A stretch of DNA of 64,000 nucleotides from an uncultured delta proteobacterium. GTDB taxonomy: Bacteria; Desulfobacterota; Binatia; JACPRU01. The stretch's first letter is position 1; every line of letters starts with the position of its first letter. Location of the stretch: positions 416,001 through 480,000 of the forward strand of contig CAVUWD010000011.1 in the NCBI GenBank assembly GCA_963745025.1. Reading direction: 5' to 3'. Shown one piece after another: positions 9,759 through 18,878 of the stretch. A program made the translations under genes and the position numbers. The notes under the pieces were generated by a model. That model had not been told where the DNA came from. It saw only the letters and a program-made list of their open reading frames with translations, and did no database searches.

Positions 9759-9845
9759 GCCCCGGGCTCGTTGATCACCGCGGCGCGCGGGGCGCAGCCG
9801 CAGGTCGGCGCCCCTTGAATACCGACGCTCTCGCAGACCGGTAAC

Positions 9846-10083
9846 GCCTTCGCCTCGAATGCTTCGGAACGACGAAGAGCGCGGTCGGTTGTGATCGGCC
9901 CGTACTCGGGTCGATCACAACCGACCGCAACCGCGCGGAGCGCGGAAGACACTAACCCTCGACACTGGTCTATTGTCTTCCGCGCTTGCGCGCGGTGGCT
10001 GGATCTTCCGGTCGACCCGAGCACGGGCCGACCGGAAGATCCAGCGCTTCCGGAATTTCCAGCGCGTGTGGCGAAGACTGAGG
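9846..10083. repeat. ~240-bp three-hairpin palindromic element (family B), copy 1
   Basis: Hairpins 9881-9928 (loop CCG-TACT-CGG), about 9930-9996, and 9998-10045 (inverted core); right end GCGAAGACTGAGG; homologous to 62241-62479. Confidence 0.85.
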
Positions 10084-10165
10084 CATCTTGCAGACCGGAT
10101 CATTTCAGTTGACCTCGTGCGGCAGCGGAACGTAGGTTCCGAAAGATTTTATCGGGGGGCACACG

Positions 10166-10990
10166 ATGGGAGAACTCGACGGCCGCGTCGCAATCATCAC
10201 CGGAGGAGCCAGCGGGATCGGCGCGGCCAGCGTGCGCTTGTTCGTCGAGAGCGGCGCTCGGGTCGTAGTCGGTGATCTGCAGAGCGACCTCGGCAACGCA
10301 CTGGCGCGCGAGCTCTCGCCGAACGTGATCTTTCAGAAAACCGACGTCTCGAAGGAGAACGACGTTCGCACGCTGGTGTCTCGCGCCGAGACCTCCTTCG
10401 GCCGCCTCGACTGCATGTTCAACAACGCGGGCTTCGGCGGCGCTCTGGGCGGCATCGCCGAGACGCCCGTGGAGGAGTGGGACCTGACCTTCGACGTGCT
10501 CGTGCGCGGCGTCTTCCTCGGCATGAAGCACGCGGCGCCGCTGCTCCGCCGTCAAGGCGGAAGCATCGTCTCCACGGCGAGCGCGGCCGGGCGCATCGGC
10601 GGCTACTCCCCCCACGCCTACGCGGCGGCCAAGGCGGCGGTCATCCAGCTCACCACGTCCGTCTCGCTCGAGATGGCCGAGGATCGCGTGCGGGTGAACT
10701 GCATCTGCCCCGGATTCATCGCCACGCCACTTGCTCTGAACACGGTCGGCAAGCCGCAGAGCCTCATGGAGTCCCGGAAGTCCTGGATGATCCAGGCGCA
10801 GCCGATCAAGCGCCCGGGAGAGCCCAGGGACATCGCGGAGATGGTGCTCTTCCTGGCGAGCGATCGCTCGAGCTTCGTCACGGGCCAGGCGTTCGTGGTG
10901 GATGGAGGATTCTCGGCGGGCCGCCCCTGGCGGGACCAGCCCGACTGGATGCGCACGGCGCGTGCTTTCAAGGTGTACCGCCAGAGCTGA
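10166..10990 (+). CDS. Short-chain dehydrogenase/reductase (SDR)
   Basis: TGGASGIG, NNAG, YAAAK, VNCICPG, VDGG. Confidence 0.95.
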   Translation: MGELDGRVAIITGGASGIGAASVRLFVESGARVVVGDLQSDLGNALARELSPNVIFQKTDVSKENDVRTLVSRAETSFGRLDCMFNNAGFGGALGGIAETPVEEWDLTFDVLVRGVFLGMKHAAPLLRRQGGSIVSTASAAGRIGGYSPHAYAAAKAAVIQLTTSVSLEMAEDRVRVNCICPGFIATPLALNTVGKPQSLMESRKSWMIQAQPIKRPGEPRDIAEMVLFLASDRSSFVTGQAFVVDGGFSAGRPWRDQPDWMRTARAFKVYRQS

Positions 10991-11104
10991 CGGCCCGTAT
11001 CGCGGAGCTGACCGGAGTCGGCAGGGGGATTCGATTGAAGAGTAGTCGCACGCAGGATCTCGATTTGCGCGAGGCGTTCGCCAAACACGAGCTCGGGACG
11101 AGGT

Positions 11105-12448
11105 ATGGAAATGGGCAGCCCTGATCGAGAGCTTCTCGGCCGATTGAACCTGGAGCCTTTGTGGATGCCGTTCACGGCCAACCGCCAGTTTAAGGCGCTT
11201 CCCCGCTTGCTGGTCTCCGCGGAAGGCATGCACTACACCTCCCACGACGGGCGCCGGATACTGGACGGCATCGCCGGCCTGTGGGCCGTGAACGCGGGCC
11301 ACTGCCGCAAGCCGATCGTCGAAGCCATCCAGAAGCAGGCGGAGCGCCTGGACTACGCGACCGGCTTCCAGATGCACAGTGCGGGCCCGTTCATTGCCGC
11401 TGAGAAGCTCGTGCGAATCGCACCGCAGGGCCTCGATCACGTCTTCTTCGTCAACTCGGGATCCGAGGCCGTCGACACGGCGTTGAAGATCGCGCTCGGC
11501 TACCACCGGGCGCGGGGCGAAGGCACCCGGCGGGTGCTGATCGGGCGCGAGCGCGGCTATCACGGCGTCGGCTTCGGCGGCGTCTCGGTCGGCGGCATGG
11601 GGTCGAACCGCAAGACGTTCGCGGGCCAGCTGCTGCCCGCCGTGGACCACCTGCCCCATACCCACAGCCTGGAGAAGAACGCCCATTCGCGCGGCCAACC
11701 GCAGTGGGGCGCCGAGCTCGCGGACGACCTCGAGCGGTTGATCCAGCTGCACGACGCTTCCAACGTCGCGGCGGTGATCGTGGAGCCGATCGCCGGCTCG
11801 ACGGGCGTGCTGATCCCGCCCAAGGGCTACCTCGAGCGCCTCCGGCAGATCTGCGACCGGCACGGCGTGCTGCTCGTCTTCGACGAAGTCATCACCGGGT
11901 TCGGCCGCACCGGCAGCGCCTTCGCGGCGCACACCTTCGGCGTCACCCCCGACATGATCACCTGCGCCAAGGCGCTGACCAACGCGGCCGTGCCGATGGG
12001 CGCCGTGATCGTGAAGCGCAAGATCTACGACGCGTTCATGCAGGGCCCCGAAGACGCAATCGAGCTCTACCATGGCTACACGTACTCCGGGCATCCGCTG
12101 GCGGCGGCAGCGGCCGCGGCGACGCTCGACCTGTACGAGCAAGAGCGCTTGTTCCAGCGCGCCGCGGAGCTGGCGCCCCACCTGGAAGACGCCGTGCACT
12201 CGCTCGCGGGCCTGCCGCGCGTCATCGACATCCGCAATTTCGGCCTGGTCGCCGCGATCGAGCTCGAGCCGATGACGGGCAAGCCGACGGCGCGCGCGTT
12301 CGAGGCCTTCCTTCGCTGCTACGAGAAGAACGTGCTCGTCCGCACCACCGGCGATACGATCGCCTTGTCACCACCGTTGATCATCGAGAAGAGCCAGATC
12401 GATCAACTGGTCGAGACCGTGGGCGGCGTCCTGAAGACGCTGCCTTGA
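11105..12448 (+). CDS. Omega-amino acid/beta-alanine:pyruvate aminotransferase (class III PLP)
   Basis: WMPFTANRQFK, SGSEAVD, YHGV, FDEVITGFGR, AKALT and HGYTYSGHP. Confidence 0.92.
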   Translation: MEMGSPDRELLGRLNLEPLWMPFTANRQFKALPRLLVSAEGMHYTSHDGRRILDGIAGLWAVNAGHCRKPIVEAIQKQAERLDYATGFQMHSAGPFIAAEKLVRIAPQGLDHVFFVNSGSEAVDTALKIALGYHRARGEGTRRVLIGRERGYHGVGFGGVSVGGMGSNRKTFAGQLLPAVDHLPHTHSLEKNAHSRGQPQWGAELADDLERLIQLHDASNVAAVIVEPIAGSTGVLIPPKGYLERLRQICDRHGVLLVFDEVITGFGRTGSAFAAHTFGVTPDMITCAKALTNAAVPMGAVIVKRKIYDAFMQGPEDAIELYHGYTYSGHPLAAAAAAATLDLYEQERLFQRAAELAPHLEDAVHSLAGLPRVIDIRNFGLVAAIELEPMTGKPTARAFEAFLRCYEKNVLVRTTGDTIALSPPLIIEKSQIDQLVETVGGVLKTLP

Positions 12449-12449
12449 A

Positions 12450-13703
12450 TCATCGCTCTCGGGATCCCTTCCGTCGTTCCCAAGTCACCACGCGCGGCAG
12501 CGCCGCCGAGGCGGCCGCTCCGGCGAACCCGCCGAGCGCCGAGACCAGGAATGCCCAGCGGAAGCTGCCGGTGTGCTCGGCGAGGAAGCCGCCGAGCTCG
12601 GGGCCGACGAGCTGCGCCAAGCCGAAGAAGAGCGTGATCGCGCCGAAGGCCGGCGCGAACGAGCCCTCCGTCGTGTGGTCGCGCACGTACGCGGCGACGA
12701 CCGAGCCGAGGCCCGACATCATGATCCCGAAGAGCAACGCCGACGCTCCGACCCACGGCTCGGCTCCGATGAGCACGGCGAGCGGGCACGAGCCCATCGC
12801 GGCGAAGCCCCAGACGAGCGTCGGACGGCGCCCCACCCGATCCGAGAGCTGGCCGAGAAGGATGCCGCCGGCGGCGATCGAGAGGCCGACCAAGCCGTAG
12901 TCGATCGACGCGTGCCAGGCGCTGAAGCCGGCATCCGACTGGAGCGCCGCCACGAGGTAGCTCGAGTAGACGGAATAGCAGAGCCCATAGCCCGCGTACG
13001 CGGCCGTCACCGCCACCCAGCCGGGCACGCCGCGGAGCGATGCCAGCGCCAGGATCTCGCGGACGATCGGGGCATGCGTCTCGGCGGGACGCTCGTCGTC
13101 CGGCTCGCGGAGCCAACCGAGCGCGAGGATCGTCGCCAGGGCGGCGAGCGCGGTTTCGACGGCCCACACCTCTCGCCACTCGCTCGCGCCGTAGCGCGCC
13201 TGGACGAGGTGCGTGAGCTCGCTCGCGAAGAGCACCGCGATCCCGATGCCGGAGGCCATGAGGCCGATCGCGAAGCCGCGGCGGTCCTCGGAAACGACGG
13301 CACCCGCGAGCCCGGGCGCGGGGATCCAGATGAATGCCCCCGCGATCCCGGTGGCGATCATGCCCCCGAGAAGAGCTCGCGGGCTCGCCGCCACGGTCAT
13401 CGCCGCGAGCCCCGCGGTCGACACGACGAGACCGAGCATGATGAGACGAGCCGGGCTGGCCTTCGTCGCGGCGAGGCTGACGAGCAGGACGCCGGCGAGA
13501 TAGGCGGTGAGATTCGCGGTGCCGAGCCAGCCGGCGAGAGAGTACGAGTGCAGGAGATCGCCCTCGATCGCCGGCAGCACGAGCGGGTAGGTGAAGCGGC
13601 CGAACCCCTGCGCCACGCCGACGGCGAGCACGACGAGCGCGAGGACGAGCTTCGCCGATCGCGAGAGAGGCGGTTGACGGATCGCGCCGGGTCGATCCGT
13701 CAC
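12450..13703 (-). CDS. MFS transporter (YbfB/YjiJ-like)
   Basis: About 12 hydrophobic segments; GFGRFTY and LSDRVGRR (MFS motif A); GTG start inferred. Confidence 0.85.
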   Translation of the reverse strand: MTDRPGAIRQPPLSRSAKLVLALVVLAVGVAQGFGRFTYPLVLPAIEGDLLHSYSLAGWLGTANLTAYLAGVLLVSLAATKASPARLIMLGLVVSTAGLAAMTVAASPRALLGGMIATGIAGAFIWIPAPGLAGAVVSEDRRGFAIGLMASGIGIAVLFASELTHLVQARYGASEWREVWAVETALAALATILALGWLREPDDERPAETHAPIVREILALASLRGVPGWVAVTAAYAGYGLCYSVYSSYLVAALQSDAGFSAWHASIDYGLVGLSIAAGGILLGQLSDRVGRRPTLVWGFAAMGSCPLAVLIGAEPWVGASALLFGIMMSGLGSVVAAYVRDHTTEGSFAPAFGAITLFFGLAQLVGPELGGFLAEHTGSFRWAFLVSALGGFAGAAASAALPRVVTWERRKGSRER

Positions 13704-13906
13704 TTCGTCATGCGCGCCTCTTCGGCGCTGCTCCCGCGCATTGCTTCGATAATCGCCGTGCGCAATGATCGCAGGGCGACCGCGCGGATGGTCTCGAGGT
13801 CGTCGAAGCACGCGGCAACTTAGCGTCGTCGGCATGGCGAAGGAATAGACGGGAACGGTTTGAAGCGCTTCGTCTGACGGAAGCGCTCTGTTGACAGGAC
13901 GAGACG

Positions 13907-15445
13907 ATGGCGGCGGGCGACCCGATCACCGAGACCAGCTACGGCAAGCTCCAGGGAACGCGGGCCGACGGGGTGTGCGTCTATCGCGCCATCCCGTTCG
14001 CGAAGCCTCCGGTCGGCCGCCTGCGGTTCCGGCCGCCCGAGCGTCCCGAGGGTTGGAGCGGGGTGCGCGATGCCACACGCTTCGGCCCGGGCTCGTATCA
14101 GGCCGACCGGCCGCTGGCGCCGATCCTCGGCATCGTGGTCCCGGAGCAGAGCGAGGACTGCCTGACTCTGAACGTCTGGACTCCGGCCGCCGGGGAGGGC
14201 GGGCGCCGGCCGGTGCTCTTCTGGATCCACGGGGGCGCCTGGGTGATCGGCGCGGGGTCCGAGACGACGTACGACGGGGCGAGCTTGGCGCGCCGAGGCG
14301 ACGCCGTCGTCGTCACCGTCAACTACCGGCTCGGCCCCTTCGGATTCCTGCGCGGCCGCGAGCTTCGCGCCGGGCTCGACAGCAGCGGCAACGAGGCCCT
14401 GCTCGACCTCGTGGCCGCGCTCGAATGGGTGCGCGACGAGATCGCCGCGTTCGGCGGCGACCCGCGGAACGTCACGGCGTTCGGCGAATCCGCCGGCTCG
14501 GTGAACATCGCCTGCCTGCTGACGATGCCGCGGGCGCGCGGCCTATTCCACAAGGCGATTTGCCAGAGCGGCTCGCTGAACCTGACGTGCTCGCCCGAGG
14601 CGGCGCTCGCCACGACGCGCGCGATCCTGAGGGAGCTCGGGATCGCGCCCGAGCGGGCGAGCCTGCTACGCGACGTTTCCGCGCGGGACTTGGTGTCGGC
14701 GCACAATGCCGTGGGGCGGAAAACGATCGTCCCACCATTTTCGCCGGTCGCAGACGGAGACCTCATCCCCGCCCGCCCGTTCGCGGCGATCGCGGCGGGC
14801 TCGGCGCGCGGCGTGCCGCTGATCGTCGGCTCGAACCTCGAGGAGATGAAGCTCTATCGCTTCCTCGATCCGGCGATCGACGCGCTCGACGGGTCGGGCC
14901 TCGTCGACCGGTGCTCCGCGCTCTTGCCCGGCTCGGACGCCGAAGGCCGTCCGCACGGCCGGCGGGCGGCAGAAGTCTACCGCGCGGAGCGCGCGGCGCG
15001 CGGCGATGACGCTTCGCCGGCCGAGACGTGGCTGGCGATCTCGACGGACCACTTCTTTCGCGCCGGGGCGCTGAAGCTCGCCGAGCTCCAGTCGTCGCAC
15101 ACGCCCGACGTGTTCGTGTACCAGTTCGCATGGAAGGGGACGACCCCGGGAAAGCCGCAAGGCGCGGTGCATGGCCTCGACGTGCCGTTCGTGTTCGGCA
15201 CGCTCGACGTCTCGAAGATCGGCGCGATCGCCGGCCGCACGCAGGCGGCGCGGGTGCTCTCCGAACGCATTCAGGATGCGTGGCTCGCCTTTGCCCGGAC
15301 CGGGCGTCCGCGAAGCTCGGGGCTGCCCGACTGGCCTGCGTATGCTCCGCCGCGGCGCGCCACGCTCGAGCTCGGCGAGCGCTCGGTCGTGCGCGAGGCA
15401 CCGCAAGAAACCGAGCGGACCCTCTGGGAAGGGCTCATCGGTTGA
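13907..15445 (+). CDS. Type B carboxylesterase (PnbA-like)
   Basis: SEDCLTLNVW, WIHGGA, NYRLG, FGESAG nucleophile elbow, AVHGLD. Confidence 0.95.
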   Translation: MAAGDPITETSYGKLQGTRADGVCVYRAIPFAKPPVGRLRFRPPERPEGWSGVRDATRFGPGSYQADRPLAPILGIVVPEQSEDCLTLNVWTPAAGEGGRRPVLFWIHGGAWVIGAGSETTYDGASLARRGDAVVVTVNYRLGPFGFLRGRELRAGLDSSGNEALLDLVAALEWVRDEIAAFGGDPRNVTAFGESAGSVNIACLLTMPRARGLFHKAICQSGSLNLTCSPEAALATTRAILRELGIAPERASLLRDVSARDLVSAHNAVGRKTIVPPFSPVADGDLIPARPFAAIAAGSARGVPLIVGSNLEEMKLYRFLDPAIDALDGSGLVDRCSALLPGSDAEGRPHGRRAAEVYRAERAARGDDASPAETWLAISTDHFFRAGALKLAELQSSHTPDVFVYQFAWKGTTPGKPQGAVHGLDVPFVFGTLDVSKIGAIAGRTQAARVLSERIQDAWLAFARTGRPRSSGLPDWPAYAPPRRATLELGERSVVREAPQETERTLWEGLIG

Positions 15446-15637
15446 CGCGACTTCCGACTACCGGGCCCCCTGCCCATACCGTTCGTATTAGAACACCTGC
15501 TCCCTGCGTGGCTTGAGCGGCTGGGTTCGCGCGGGATTCTTCGGATCCCGATAGCCGAACGGCATCCATTCGCGAATCCCCCGATTGGCTTCGCGAGACG
15601 CTTGCCGTACCTAGCACAGGCTGTAGGATGCCCGTCC

Positions 15638-16831
15638 ATGGTCAGGCCGGGACCGCTTCACGGCTATCGAATCATCGACGTGACCTCGATGATCTCCGGA
15701 CCTCTGGCGACGCAAATCCTGGCCGACCAGGGCGCGGACGTGCTCAAGGTCGAGAATCCGGACGGCGGCGACCACACGCGCGCCGCGCCGAACCGGCGTG
15801 GCGGCTTGTCGGCGCTGTTCCTCAACAGCAATCGCAACAAGCGCTCGGTCGCCGTCAACCTGAGGCACGAGCGGGGCCGGGCCGTCTTGATGCGCTTCGT
15901 CTCGCGCGCCGACGTCTTCGTGCAGAACTTCCGTCCGGGCGTGGCGGAACGCATGGGCCTCGGTGAAGACGCGATTCGAGCCGCGGCGCCCACCATCGTC
16001 TACGTCTCGATCAGCGGCTTCGGCGAGCGCGGTCCGATGGCTGCAAAGCCCGTCTACGATCCGCTGATCCAGGCGTTCAGCGGGCTCGCGACCGTCCAAG
16101 CGGGATCGGACGACGCCAGGCCGCGCCTCGTGCGCACGATCTTGCCGGACAAGCTCACTGCCATCACCGCCGCGCAGGCCATCACCGCCGCGCTCGCGGC
16201 TCGAGAGCGGACCGGGGAGGGACAGCACGTGCGGCTATCGATGCTCGACGCGGTGATCGCGTTCCTTTGGGGGTCGGACATGGCGAGCCAGACATTCGTC
16301 GGCGGCGAGCTCCCCCAGGCGGAAGCCGCGAGCTTCATCGACCTGATCTACGAGACGAGCGATGGCTACCTGAGCGTGGCGGTGCAGACGGACCGCGAGT
16401 GGCAGGCGCTCGCTCGAGCGCTCGAACGCCCGGAATGGCTCGCCGACGAGCGCTTCCGCACGCCCGCGCTGCGCCAAGACAACATCGACGTCCGGCTCGC
16501 GCTCACGCAAGAGGTGTTGCGCACGCGGCGCTCCGCGGAGTGGCTCGAGCGCTTGGAAGCGGAAGGTGTTCCCTGCGCGCCGGTGCTCACCCGCGCCGAG
16601 GTGATCCGTCATCCGCAGATCCTGGAGAACGAGACCGTCTGCGAGATCGACCATCCGCGAGCGGGCCGCTTGCGCCAGGCACGACCGGCGGCACGCTTCT
16701 CACGAACACCGTGCTCGATACGCAGCGGAGCTCCCCGGTTGGGTGAGCACACCGCCAGCGTGCTCGCAGAATTCGGGTTCTCCGCGGCCGAAATCGCCGA
16801 GCTGAGAGCATCGGGCGCGATCGGCAGATGA
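15638..16831 (+). CDS. CoA-transferase family III (CaiB/BaiF)
   Basis: LADQGADVLKVE, NRNKRS, QNFRPGV, SISGFG, YD motif. Confidence 0.93.
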   Translation: MVRPGPLHGYRIIDVTSMISGPLATQILADQGADVLKVENPDGGDHTRAAPNRRGGLSALFLNSNRNKRSVAVNLRHERGRAVLMRFVSRADVFVQNFRPGVAERMGLGEDAIRAAAPTIVYVSISGFGERGPMAAKPVYDPLIQAFSGLATVQAGSDDARPRLVRTILPDKLTAITAAQAITAALAARERTGEGQHVRLSMLDAVIAFLWGSDMASQTFVGGELPQAEAASFIDLIYETSDGYLSVAVQTDREWQALARALERPEWLADERFRTPALRQDNIDVRLALTQEVLRTRRSAEWLERLEAEGVPCAPVLTRAEVIRHPQILENETVCEIDHPRAGRLRQARPAARFSRTPCSIRSGAPRLGEHTASVLAEFGFSAAEIAELRASGAIGR

Positions 16832-16863
16832 GCAGGTGAGCAGATAAGCAGATAAGCAGATAA
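16824..16863. repeat. Tandem 8-mer GCAGRTRA x5
   Basis: GCAGATGA GCAGGTGA GCAGATAA GCAGATAA GCAGATAA, spanning the stop codon. Confidence 0.85.
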
Positions 16864-16940
16864 GGATGATCCGTCCATCGGAGCACCGCCGGACCGCCGC
16901 GCGCGCGGCCGGGCGCAACAGAGGATGAGAGGAGAACGTC

Positions 16941-17768
16941 ATGGCCAAACGCACTCTCGAAACCCGAACGACCGATCTGATCGCCGAGGCCGAGGACGGG
17001 GTTGCGATCCTCACGATGAATCGCCCCGCGCGGCGCAACGCCATGTCTGGCGAGATGCTGGCCGCGCTCGCCGCCACGCTGTCGGCCTGCGAGACCGATC
17101 CCGAGATCGCCGCGATCGTGCTGACGGGCGCGGGTGGAGCGTTCTGCGCGGGCGGCGACGTCAAGGGGATGGCGGAAGCCTCGCGCGGCGGCGGGGCGGG
17201 ATCGGGGATCGACGAGCAGATCCATGCCCAACGGATCAACCAGCGCGCAACGGCGGGACGGCTCTACAAGATGCCCAAGCCGACGATCGCCTCGATTCCG
17301 GGCGCCGCGGCGGGCGCGGGACTTTCGCTCGCGCTCGCCTGCGACCTGCGCATCGCGGCGGAGACCGCGGTGATGACGACGGCGTTCGCCAAGGTCGGCT
17401 TCTCGGGTGATTACGGCGGGACCTACTTTCTCAGCCGGCTCGTCGGCAGCGCCAAGGCGCGTGAGCTCTACTTCCTCTCCGACCGGATCGACATGAAAGA
17501 GGCCGCGCGTCTCGGGCTCGTCAACTGGGTCGTGCCGGCCGATCAGTTGACGGCGCGCACGATGGAACTCGCGCATCGGCTGGCGCGCGGGCCGCGCGTC
17601 GCCTATCGCTACATGAAGGAAAATCTGAACCGCGCGGTGGCGGGTGAAGTGGACGATTGCCTCGATCTCGAGGCGACGCACCACATCCACGCGGGCCTCA
17701 CCGAAGACCATCGGGAAGCGGCGCGCGCCTTCGTCGAGAAGCGCGAGCCGGTGTTCAAGGGGCGGTAG
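16941..17768 (+). CDS. Enoyl-CoA hydratase/isomerase family
   Basis: NRPARRNA, FCAGGDV, GAGLSLALACDLR, FVEKREP. Confidence 0.93.
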   Translation: MAKRTLETRTTDLIAEAEDGVAILTMNRPARRNAMSGEMLAALAATLSACETDPEIAAIVLTGAGGAFCAGGDVKGMAEASRGGGAGSGIDEQIHAQRINQRATAGRLYKMPKPTIASIPGAAAGAGLSLALACDLRIAAETAVMTTAFAKVGFSGDYGGTYFLSRLVGSAKARELYFLSDRIDMKEAARLGLVNWVVPADQLTARTMELAHRLARGPRVAYRYMKENLNRAVAGEVDDCLDLEATHHIHAGLTEDHREAARAFVEKREPVFKGR

Positions 17769-17810
17769 CGAGCCCGCCCCCGACTTGGCCGCCGCAAGCT
17801 TCTTCCGGGG

Positions 17811-18131
17811 TCAGGAAACCTTGCTGCCGGGGGAAACGGCGCAGTCGGAGGTCACCACCACGACGCGATCGCCGTCGCGGGCGGCGAGCAGCATTCCCTG
17901 GCTCTCGACGCCGCGAAGCTTCGCGGGCTCGAGATTGGCGACGACGACGATCTGCTTGCCGACGAGCGCGGACGGCTCGTAACTCGCGCGGATGCCCGCA
18001 ACGATCTGGCGCTGCTCGCCGCCGAGGTCGATCCGCAGGACGAGGAGGCGGTCGGCGTTCGGGTGGAGCTCGGCCGAAATCACGGTCGCCACCCGCAAGT
18101 CGAGTTGCTGAAAGTCAGCCAGCGTCGCCAC
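17811..18131 (-). CDS. tRNA-binding OB-fold protein (MetG C-terminal/Trbp111/CsaA-like)
   Basis: DFQQLDLRV, HPNADRLL, RQIVAGI and NLEPAKLRGVESQGMLLAA. Confidence 0.9.
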   Translation of the reverse strand: MATLADFQQLDLRVATVISAELHPNADRLLVLRIDLGGEQRQIVAGIRASYEPSALVGKQIVVVANLEPAKLRGVESQGMLLAARDGDRVVVVTSDCAVSPGSKVS

Positions 18132-18411
18132 TTCCCCGCCCTTCCAGCACCCCCATGGCTTCGAGCGCCTCTGCCTCGAGGCGAGCGCGGAGCCGCCGAT
18201 AATCTTGGTCCGAAAGCTTCCCCAAGTGAAAATCGAACTCCGCTTCCTTGATCGCGGCGAGCGCTTCCTCCTTTTGCTTGCGCCAGCGCTCTTCGCGAGG
18301 CGACTCGGGTGCGGGCAGAAGCAGAAGCGGCAGTGCGAAAAGCGGGCCCGCCACCGCCCAGGCGACGACAGCGATGAGCCCGAGGCCGGCGACGTAGAGG
18401 AGAAGGCTCAC
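18115..18411 (-). CDS. Small membrane protein of the ccm operon (CcmI N-terminal-like)
   Basis: N-terminal TM helix; IKEAEFDFHLGKLSDQDY; overlaps ccmH. Confidence 0.6.
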   Translation of the reverse strand: MSLLLYVAGLGLIAVVAWAVAGPLFALPLLLLPAPESPREERWRKQKEEALAAIKEAEFDFHLGKLSDQDYRRLRARLEAEALEAMGVLEGRGSGDAG

Positions 18412-18878
18412 CGTTCGCCCTTCGCCAACTCCGCCTCCAGCCGACCGCGATCGTGCTCAGAGATCTCCGCCCGAGGTGCCGTGGATGCGGCATCGGCACG
18501 CGCGGTCGCAGTCCAGCGCCGGACACTCACGGTGAGCACCACCGCGCCCATGCCGATCAGCGCGAACGGGAGGAGCCATGCGCTCAGATTGAAGCCCTCC
18601 GGCACCGGCGCGGAGAGGATCTTTTCACCATAGGTGTCGCGGAAGTGGAGCAGGATCTCGTCCTGCGAAAGGCCCTGGTCGACCAACGTGCGGACTTCCT
18701 GTTTCAGCGGAATCCCCGAGCCGCACTGCAGGTGATTACACGAGTGAACCGTCAACCCGCAGCCGCACTGGCAGGTGAGCGACTCTTCGATCTCTTTGGT
18801 CGTCACCGCAGCCGACGCGCCGGCCGACGCGAAGACCACGAGCCCAAAAAGAGCGGCCGCCAGCCTCCGGTGTCGCAC
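18408..18878 (-). CDS. ccmH: Cytochrome c biogenesis protein CcmH/NrfF
   Basis: Signal peptide, LTCQCGC, YGEKILSAP and a WLLP TM helix; directly after ccmF. Confidence 0.88.
   Translation of the reverse strand: MRHRRLAAALFGLVVFASAGASAAVTTKEIEESLTCQCGCGLTVHSCNHLQCGSGIPLKQEVRTLVDQGLSQDEILLHFRDTYGEKILSAPVPEGFNLSAWLLPFALIGMGAVVLTVSVRRWTATARADAASTAPRAEISEHDRGRLEAELAKGER

Noticed and set aside
6670-9800. Integron cassette array for the lipoprotein genes
   Set aside because: No convincing RYYYAAC...GTTRRRY attC sites and no integrase
10100-12199. Long antisense or alternate-frame ORFs (also 18942-20909, 24657-26354, 41934-44393, 44409-46001, 59680-61185)
   Set aside because: Shadow ORFs of high-GC genes: Arg/Ala/Pro-rich, no motifs, fully overlapping well-supported CDS
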